Below are positions 57,504 through 64,000 of a stretch of DNA of 64,000 nucleotides, piece after piece. The stretch is from IMG/VR virus record IMGVR_UViG_3300009128_000003, positions 1 through 64,000 of that record; one strand, written 5' to 3'. The notes beneath the pieces are model-generated. The model was not told where the DNA came from and searched no databases. It saw only the letters and a program-made list of their open reading frames with translations. Source of the stretch: a virus. Numbering within the stretch: the stretch's first letter is position 1; every line of letters starts with the position of its first letter. The translations under genes were made by a program, and so were the position numbers.

Positions 57504-58913
57504 CTAGTAGACTGACCAGCGGTTAGTAGCAACGTACACAAGCGAAACAGAACCACTAGGTGATTCAAGAAGAAGCGATGCTTGTCCATCAATCATCTGG
57601 CTACCTGCGCCAGCAATAGTGAGAGCATACGCGCTATCATCTTTCTTGACACGAACAACATCCGAGATGTCCGGAGAAGCTGGAAGCGTCCAAGTGCGAG
57701 CTTGGCTAAGAGAAGCAGTAGCAACATTGAAACCTTCTTGCAAAGTAACAGCAGCATTACCCCATCGGATAACCCCGGTAGCAGCGTCAGTTGTTAACTT
57801 ACCGGAATCGACCTTCAGACCAGCGCCGGCGATATCGCCAAGATATACACTGTTGAGCATGCGCTTCATCGACTTCGAGCCAGCGTCATAATAGAAAAGA
57901 CTATCAGAAGCTTCCGCGAAATCAGCGTCATCAGCCAAACCGTAGAATCTAACTGTAGATCCACTGAATGTGGTGGCACCATTGTTACGCCCGAGAGTCG
58001 TAGCTCCGACGACAGTCAAGGTGCTAGAAGCAGACAAGCTTGTAGCCTTGACACCAGCGTTAGCAGTCAGAATACCGTGAGCGATAACAGTACCATTGAC
58101 TGTAGCGTTATCAGCGATATTCAAATCGCCAGAAGCCGAAAGTGAGGTGAACTGACCAGAAGACTGCGAAGCAACACCGATAGTCATCCCATCGATAGAG
58201 CCGCCGTTAAGATCGGCAGTCGTGACCGAACCGAGGTCCGCACAAGTGCGAGTAGTAGCCGTCCAGTTAGAACCGAACGAGAAGCTAGCACCATCAGCAG
58301 AAATGCTATCGAGAGCAATGTCACCAACGTTTGTGATGTTTGCATCACCCATTGAGGCACCACCGTGAGCAGTGAGCAACCCATACACACCAGCAGTACC
58401 ATTCACAGTTGCGTTATCCGCAATGTTCAAGTCGCCAGAAGCCGAAAGTGAGGTGAACTGACCAGAAGACTGCACAGCAGCACCAATGGTTGCGGCATCG
58501 ACAGAACCGCCATTGATGTCGACAGTCGTGACCTCACCAAGGTTCGCACAAACGCGACCAGCAGCCGTCCAGTTAGAACCGAACGAGAAGCTAGCACCGT
58601 CGGCGGAGATAGTATCAAGTGCGATATCGCCAACGTTTGTGATGTTTTTGTCGTTGAACGACGTAGCACCGAGGCTGGAACCATCAGTAGTAGCTGCGAT
58701 AGTGCTGCCGAAAACTGCGGCGCCGCTTACGTTAAGCGTGCTCTTGAGGTGGGCTGAACCCACAAGGCGCAAGTTACCAGAACCAGAGACGAGACCGTTG
58801 TCGCGGTTAACGCTAAAGCGTAAAGAACCTTCGTCGTCAGAAACCTCCAGTGTGCCTTCTTGCACAAGGGCGCCGCTCATAATTGCGTCGCCTAATTGAA
58901 ATTTATAAGCCAT
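57504..58913 (-). CDS. Fibre protein with internal 102-aa tandem repeat
   Basis: S/A/G-rich, repeat unit, C-terminal TLP...VKK...IDG domain. Confidence 0.7.
   Translation of the reverse strand: MAYKFQLGDAIMSGALVQEGTLEVSDDEGSLRFSVNRDNGLVSGSGNLRLVGSAHLKSTLNVSGAAVFGSTIAATTDGSSLGATSFNDKNITNVGDIALDTISADGASFSFGSNWTAAGRVCANLGEVTTVDINGGSVDAATIGAAVQSSGQFTSLSASGDLNIADNATVNGTAGVYGLLTAHGGASMGDANITNVGDIALDSISADGASFSFGSNWTATTRTCADLGSVTTADLNGGSIDGMTIGVASQSSGQFTSLSASGDLNIADNATVNGTVIAHGILTANAGVKATSLSASSTLTVVGATTLGRNNGATTFSGSTVRFYGLADDADFAEASDSLFYYDAGSKSMKRMLNSVYLGDIAGAGLKVDSGKLTTDAATGVIRWGNAAVTLQEGFNVATASLSQARTWTLPASPDISDVVRVKKDDSAYALTIAGAGSQMIDGQASLLLESPSGSVSLVYVATNRWSVY
58090..58646. repeat. Two-copy 306-nt period intragenic repeat
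   Basis: Identical blocks offset by 306 nt (58261 vs 58567; 58135 vs 58441). Confidence 0.9.
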
Positions 58914-59034
58914 GTTTAAAAACCCTCCAAATTATAGTTTTATAATAGCATTGAATAAGATACACTTATCCAATTTTGATCGCCGGATTCCTCCGACGGT
59001 CGCTTATAATTAGAGTGACGGGCACGATAAATTC

Positions 59035-59760
59035 TCAGCAAATAAAGTATTTGTTCGAGCCGTTACAATAAAGCTGAACAGATGCATAGGGTGACTCCAA
59101 AACTATCGAATTTTTACCATCGATTGTTTCGGCGCCAGACGCTAAAATGGTGATGTTGTTGCTATTGGCAGCACCGCCTTCATCTTTTACAACGTACGTT
59201 TGACCATCCAACAGGAGCGATGCGCTTGGTAGTCTAATATCGACGACATTGTTTGTTGTGTCTACGCCGATATAATAAGTCTTAGTGGAAGCAGTAAGGG
59301 TGGCAGCTGTGGATACGCGGGCGAATTGAAGTCCTCCTGCTACTGCCAGCCTGTCGCTCTCAAACCGCAATCCGAAAGAGCCTGTTAAATTTCCGCTAGC
59401 ATTTTTAAACTGAACCGAATAATTGGGACCAACAGGGTTAGCATTGCTGATTCCGGTTAGCTGGCTTCCATCTCCGTAAAAGTACGAACCGGAGACTGGT
59501 GCACTAGCGCTCAACCCTCCAACGATCCCCATGAGTGAGCCGTTAAATGTGAGATTCGTCTCACAATTTAAAGCATTGGCGTCTCCACCTACATTTGTAA
59601 TGATGCCATTGTCAGTGGCGTTCTGCACGCGGGGGACATTAATGATCGATTGACCATCAGAGGTACTAAGGTTACCCGATAGAATATTCGTGCCGGCATT
59701 GAGACCCGGACCAAAATAGCTTGGGGCGATTACGGTGCCCGTCAGTGAATTATGAGCCAT
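59035..59760 (-). CDS. Short fibre/adaptor protein
   Basis: NLTFNG, YFYGDG, GP..SVQF, C-terminal VKDEGG...TIDG...LESPY domain. Confidence 0.7.
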   Translation of the reverse strand: MAHNSLTGTVIAPSYFGPGLNAGTNILSGNLSTSDGQSIINVPRVQNATDNGIITNVGGDANALNCETNLTFNGSLMGIVGGLSASAPVSGSYFYGDGSQLTGISNANPVGPNYSVQFKNASGNLTGSFGLRFESDRLAVAGGLQFARVSTAATLTASTKTYYIGVDTTNNVVDIRLPSASLLLDGQTYVVKDEGGAANSNNITILASGAETIDGKNSIVLESPYASVQLYCNGSNKYFIC

Positions 59761-59783
59761 TTACAGGTGCCTCCTAAAACTAA

Positions 59784-60500
59784 TTAGAAGACAAACCAGT
59801 TGGTACCATCTGAATACAAGTTAATTGCTGGCATTGTGCCGGTTAATTGATAGTAAGAACCGCCCTCAACAAGATCGCCGTAGCCGCTCTTAGAGAGGAT
59901 CAGCGAACTTGTTCGTGCTGTGACTTGATCTTTTACTACCATAACATGACCTTGTTTTGCTCCTTGGGCGCGCGCATCATCTAAAGTAATTGTTGTGTTA
60001 GCAGTGGCTGTGACGCCGTATAGATAAGCTCTTTTGGTTAGGTTGGCGCCACCATTTAACGTAACGGTGCCGGTTACTTCAAAATAGTTACCCCGAATCG
60101 ACTTCAAGTAAGTCATGTGATTGGTAGCAGATGAACTTAGAACAGGAGTAACCGAACTCCAAACTGCCCCAACGGCGCCCGACACAACATTCAAACTACC
60201 GGTTCGAAGATGGATATCGTCGGCACTATTACCAAAGATAGTAGAACCAGAGATGACCTCTGTGTCGATGATCTTATAGGCGCTGGCGGTGATAGCGCCG
60301 CTAACAATAAGGGCGCCGGTCAATACCAGTGTACTTGTAGTGCCGCCCGGTGTGCCACCGCGAGACGCAGTGAAATACATAAGATTACGCGAACCTGTCA
60401 TATTCGATCCGCTTGTATGAAACTGAATCGACCCTGTGGGTCCGGTAGCTGTTCCACCGGCGCTAGCTGTACAGCTTATATATGCCCATCCGGTAGCCAT
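59784..60500 (-). CDS. Short fibre/adaptor protein
   Basis: GPTGSIQF, SGSTIFGNS.DD.H..TGS, C-terminal VVKD...LYSDG.NWF. Confidence 0.7.
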   Translation of the reverse strand: MATGWAYISCTASAGGTATGPTGSIQFHTSGSNMTGSRNLMYFTASRGGTPGGTTSTLVLTGALIVSGAITASAYKIIDTEVISGSTIFGNSADDIHLRTGSLNVVSGAVGAVWSSVTPVLSSSATNHMTYLKSIRGNYFEVTGTVTLNGGANLTKRAYLYGVTATANTTITLDDARAQGAKQGHVMVVKDQVTARTSSLILSKSGYGDLVEGGSYYQLTGTMPAINLYSDGTNWFVF

Positions 60501-60946
60501 TATCCGACTCCGGCAGAACCTGACCAGTTCGGACCAAGGCGCCCTGCTGTCTTCTTGCGATCAATACATGTGAGACCGGCTACGACGTCGACTCGTGAAG
60601 AGCCCGAGGGACTGGAAATCCAAATGCCCGACACCTTTACGCGAAGCTCGCCAGTAGTGGCAGCGTTACCCCCGAACGTCTCACTGGCGCCTGAAAGCTC
60701 TATAAAGTTAGTGCCGCCAACACCGACCGATGAAAAGCCAACCCTAACAGTGTGAGCACCATGGTTGGTCACTTTGATCCACGACGAGACCATGGGAAGC
60801 GCTACCTCGGCTGCGCTGCCGGCTATCTGTGTGCTGACGAATGGTCGACCGCTTACTTGATATGAGCCGACATTGTTGAGTCCTACTTCGGGTACCCTGA
60901 TTGAACCCGATGGATAATATGCTGATCCTCCGTAACCACGTGCCAT
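60500..60946 (-). CDS. Probable virion protein
   Basis: Late motif, AGGAG SD, GL.NVGSYQVSGRPF. Confidence 0.65.
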   Translation of the reverse strand: MARGYGGSAYYPSGSIRVPEVGLNNVGSYQVSGRPFVSTQIAGSAAEVALPMVSSWIKVTNHGAHTVRVGFSSVGVGGTNFIELSGASETFGGNAATTGELRVKVSGIWISSPSGSSRVDVVAGLTCIDRKKTAGRLGPNWSGSAGVG

Positions 60947-60984
60947 TAAAATTCTCCTAATTTAAACATGTTCATTATAAATAG

Positions 60985-61230
60985 TCACTTATTTCTTCTA
61001 TTACGCCTTTCTTTTGCTCGCTGGCGTTTTTGTTCATCGCGAGCTTTCTGCCTTCGGGCTCTCTCACTCTTCTCTCGCTTCGCTACCGAAGGCTTTGTAT
61101 ATTCTTTGCGATTGCGAATCTCTTCGATAATTCGTGACCGCTTTGTTTTCTTGATAAACTTTCTTATCATTTTCTCATGGTTGCCGCGGCACTCTTTTGA
61201 TGTTACTTTAAAGTTAGATTTTTTGCGCAT
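60985..61230 (-). CDS. rpsU: Ribosomal protein bS21
   Basis: EKMIRKF.KK....IIEE.R.R..Y.KPS..KR pattern, basic C-terminus. Confidence 0.88.
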   Translation of the reverse strand: MRKKSNFKVTSKECRGNHEKMIRKFIKKTKRSRIIEEIRNRKEYTKPSVAKREKSERARRQKARDEQKRQRAKERRNRRNK

Positions 61231-61237
61231 GATGCTC

Positions 61238-61663
61238 CTACTTCATCGCTTTCCAGACAGCAGAGGCGCCGCCCACTAAAGAACTAATATCAACGCCAGA
61301 ATCGGCTGGGGCCCCCAAATCAACGTTGCCGCCGCCCGGACTACTAGCTTCATACTGGGACATCGGCGCAGTTCCTTCAAACAGATTAACGCCGTTATAT
61401 GCGTCTTGTCCAATAGCTTCCATCATTTTCTTTCGCTGGGCTGCAAGCTGCTTGTTCGTTTCGCGAGTCTTTCGGGCGCGAATCTCTGCCTCTGGCTCCT
61501 GCGGTGTCTGGGGTCTTTGGACACCTTCAACCACAAGACCTCCTTGCATGCCTTTCGCTACCTCTGCTACTACATTGGACAAAAGTCCTTCTTCTATTAA
61601 AAGCTCGTGAATGCACTCTTTGACCATAGGCTTCATTAGCTCTTTAAGATCTTTCTTTTTCAT
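61238..61663 (-). CDS. Hypothetical probable head-associated protein
   Basis: MKKKDLKELMKPMVKECIHE; ATGA overlap with upstream gene. Confidence 0.7.
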   Translation of the reverse strand: MKKKDLKELMKPMVKECIHELLIEEGLLSNVVAEVAKGMQGGLVVEGVQRPQTPQEPEAEIRARKTRETNKQLAAQRKKMMEAIGQDAYNGVNLFEGTAPMSQYEASSPGGGNVDLGAPADSGVDISSLVGGASAVWKAMK

Positions 61664-63999
61664 TTTATTCCTGCTAGCGTCTTCCAACGCTCAATTGTTT
61701 TGGATTCTTTAAGGGTTTTGCCTTCTTCGTAACCTACAGCCTGTTTCATAAACGGCTGGGACGATTTTAAACCACCACTTCGTATGCGTTCTTTAGATCT
61801 CGCGATGTGGGCAGTACGGCGCTTAGCGGCATTGGCGGCGGACTTGTCGCGGTCGGCTTGGGTTCGGCGCTGACCCAAATCGACAACTTCGCCTCCCTTT
61901 GTCTCGGGAGCCTCTTCTTCCGCTGCCTTCACTCGAACTTTTTGTAACAGATCGTTTAACAAGCCTCGGGACTGCTTCTTCTGAAAGACTCTCGCCATTC
62001 TTTCCACTTTCCCTGCTTCTACCTTGTCTCGGGTAGCTAAGCGCTCCCAAGCCTTAAGAATTTGAGTCTTCTTGGCGGTAAGGTAGTTGCTGTCAGCAAT
62101 CTTCCCCACGGCCGATTGGCGATCTCTTTCTCTAAGAAGCCTTTCGGGAAGGAATGGTCCAAAGAAATTTAGGAAGGAATTCAAATCGTCTTCAAACTTC
62201 ATTTTGGAGCCGCGAACTTGCTTGCCCCTGTTGACGTTCTTCCAGCTTCCTTTTAGCTTGTTGGTATTAAAGTCGTCTGAAAGGTAGTATACTTTGCCTT
62301 CTCCGGGGTCCGCCTCTTCTTCGGCTTCGCCTTCTGCGTCTTCTGCGCCTTCCTCGCCGGGTTCGCCTTCTGCGCCGGCGGGGGCTATATCTTCCGCCCC
62401 TTCAGGGGGAGCTTCGCCCGGCGCGGTACCGAGCATTGCGCTGAGATCTCTGAGGGGTTCAATGTACTTATCGCCTAGTTTTTTCAACTCTTCCATTCCG
62501 GGCTTGTCGGCAACCTTGTCATACAGTTCGAGCGCCTTGTTAACACCCTCTTGTACATCTTCGACCGATGCCTCGATGCCTGCTGCCTCTAGAGCATTTA
62601 TGATAGCATCCTTGGCACCTTGGGCGCCGCGGACTTTGTCCATAGCTTTAACTAGAGGTATTAACTTAAGGACCAATGGTCCAAACTTGCCAGCTTTCGC
62701 GGCGATCTTTCCAAAGGGAATGAGGGAAAACAGTGCCAATGCCGCCGATTTCAAATCCCCTTGTGCTATATTAATGAGAGATTCTGCGATAGACGCCGGT
62801 ATATTGGCGCCGGGCACCAGTGACAATACGCTAGCCAAACCTTCGACCGCTTTAACAGCGGGCGTGTTTGCTAAATCTTGAACTTTATCTATAACACTTT
62901 CGTCTTCTCCATCCGTATCGGTGGTGCCCTCTGGGTCGATTGCTGGCTCTTCAACACCGGTACCGATGTCCCAACCGCCTTCGCGCAATTGAGTCTTGCA
63001 ACAATCATAAATGGCTTGTGCAACTTCTTGGTCGGCAAAGATCTTAAAGATGCCAGAAAAGTCAACTGCATGCGACTTAGCCGGCTTTGAGTCACTTCCC
63101 TTAACTTTGCGCCCTTTGCGTGGAGATTTTTCAGGGGTAGTTACGCCGGCGATGTATTCTCGGATAGTGCTGTCTGCATCCATTTGTTTAATGATGCCGG
63201 CACTGACGCTTTGCTTGACCATATAGTCACGCAGTTCTTTATACTTCTCCGGTGCTATTTGATACTCATTCTTTATCGCCGATAAAAAGTATGCTAGTGT
63301 GTAGCCGGGATTGCTGGGCTTTGGCTTGAATTTGATTTTGCTACAGTCGCCGACCACTGCGTCCGGATATTCTTCCACGTCGACGGGGGTCGGCGCCTGA
63401 GTCCCATCTTCTGGCTCTTCCTCTTGACCGGGTGTGCCACCCTGCGGTTGTGGCTGTTGTGGCTCTTGGGGCGCTTGTGGTTCTTGGGGCTTTTGGGGTT
63501 CTTGCTGCTTGGGCTTTGATTTTTTAAACCAGTTGGGAAGGTCGTTCCCTTCTTTGCCGAAGAAGCCGGCACGTGCAAGAATCTTATAGAGATGGTCTTT
63601 GGTCTTTTGTGTAGTGAGCGCAGCGTTGAATACTTTAGCAAGATTTGGGTATTTATTTACGTCCAACTCGCCGTTGGGACCCAACTTGGGCATCCGGCTA
63701 AGAATTACAGATGCCTTGTGAATTGATTGTTCCTCGATTGTATAATTATTTCCTTGAGGGTTTGTAATAAGGTCTTCAAGTTCGTTATATAATACATCGC
63801 GCTTAACTTCTACGTTTAAAATTCGACGGATGTCGTCAATTGCCTTATAAAGAGCAGCTACGTCGTCGGCGTTATAAGTTTCAGGCTCGTTGCCTGCGCC
63901 CTCTTCCTCTCCATCGCCGCCGGCACATTTGTCGCCCGGCTTGCATACCAGATCGCCTGTATATTGATGCTTGTCATAGCTAAGTCCGTGTTTTCCTCC
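61660..63999 (-). CDS. Large probable internal virion protein (5' end beyond window)
   Basis: Frame stays open from 63693 to window edge; acidic linkers, QEP repeats, ends ERWKTLAGIK. Confidence 0.75.
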   Translation of the reverse strand, partial: GGKHGLSYDKHQYTGDLVCKPGDKCAGGDGEEEGAGNEPETYNADDVAALYKAIDDIRRILNVEVKRDVLYNELEDLITNPQGNNYTIEEQSIHKASVILSRMPKLGPNGELDVNKYPNLAKVFNAALTTQKTKDHLYKILARAGFFGKEGNDLPNWFKKSKPKQQEPQKPQEPQAPQEPQQPQPQGGTPGQEEEPEDGTQAPTPVDVEEYPDAVVGDCSKIKFKPKPSNPGYTLAYFLSAIKNEYQIAPEKYKELRDYMVKQSVSAGIIKQMDADSTIREYIAGVTTPEKSPRKGRKVKGSDSKPAKSHAVDFSGIFKIFADQEVAQAIYDCCKTQLREGGWDIGTGVEEPAIDPEGTTDTDGEDESVIDKVQDLANTPAVKAVEGLASVLSLVPGANIPASIAESLINIAQGDLKSAALALFSLIPFGKIAAKAGKFGPLVLKLIPLVKAMDKVRGAQGAKDAIINALEAAGIEASVEDVQEGVNKALELYDKVADKPGMEELKKLGDKYIEPLRDLSAMLGTAPGEAPPEGAEDIAPAGAEGEPGEEGAEDAEGEAEEEADPGEGKVYYLSDDFNTNKLKGSWKNVNRGKQVRGSKMKFEDDLNSFLNFFGPFLPERLLRERDRQSAVGKIADSNYLTAKKTQILKAWERLATRDKVEAGKVERMARVFQKKQSRGLLNDLLQKVRVKAAEEEAPETKGGEVVDLGQRRTQADRDKSAANAAKRRTAHIARSKERIRSGGLKSSQPFMKQAVGYEEGKTLKESKTIERWKTLAGIK

Positions 64000-64000
64000 G

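Noticed and set aside
58090-58646. Repeat pair as a diversity-generating retroelement TR/VR
   Set aside because: Both copies are in-frame in one gene, differences are not adenine-specific, and no reverse transcriptase is in the window
1482-63226. Numerous plus-strand ORFs in the track
   Set aside because: They are antisense shadows of well-supported minus-strand genes, Ser-rich, with no SD or recognisable motifs
1-64000. CRISPR array, tRNA or rRNA genes
   Set aside because: Intergenic gaps are short and show no repeat-spacer periodicity or cloverleaf motifs by eye; tRNAscan not run
1-64000. Stop-codon reassignment
   Set aside because: Conserved genes are full length in the standard code, and TAA, TAG and TGA all end genes at expected positions

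Overview
This is a 64 kb segment of a large T4-like (contractile-tailed) dsDNA phage genome. Essentially every real gene is on the minus strand, read in the standard code. Right half (~31-64 kb) is the virion module: head/fibre proteins, ribosomal protein bS21, scaffold, gp23-like major capsid, neck, sheath, tube, chaperone, tape measure and baseplate. Left half (~1-31 kb) covers replication, nucleotide metabolism and proteostasis: minimal PolA, tubulin-like protein, SSB, RecA, 5'-3' exonuclease, DnaB, class II RNR, DnaE, dUTPase, GuaB-like enzyme, MTases, GroEL/GroES, two ClpP, J-domain protein, thioredoxin and endolysin. Two regulatory layers are visible. Near-consensus sigma70 promoters precede replication/metabolic operons. 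A recurring 9-bp motif, (A/T)CTA(T/A/C)TTA, occurs about 19 times just upstream of structural genes, the endolysin and a few late-type islands inside the replication region. Main highlights: that motif (its commonest form is the reverse complement of the T4 late promoter); a probable +1/-2 frameshift in the chaperone before the tape measure; two motif-preceded PD-(D/E)xK nucleases that may be virion cargo; a shared RxxLAGI-type terminal peptide; several catalytically eroded enzyme homologues; and repeated structured intergenic elements. All protein calls come from motifs recognised by eye, not database searches.
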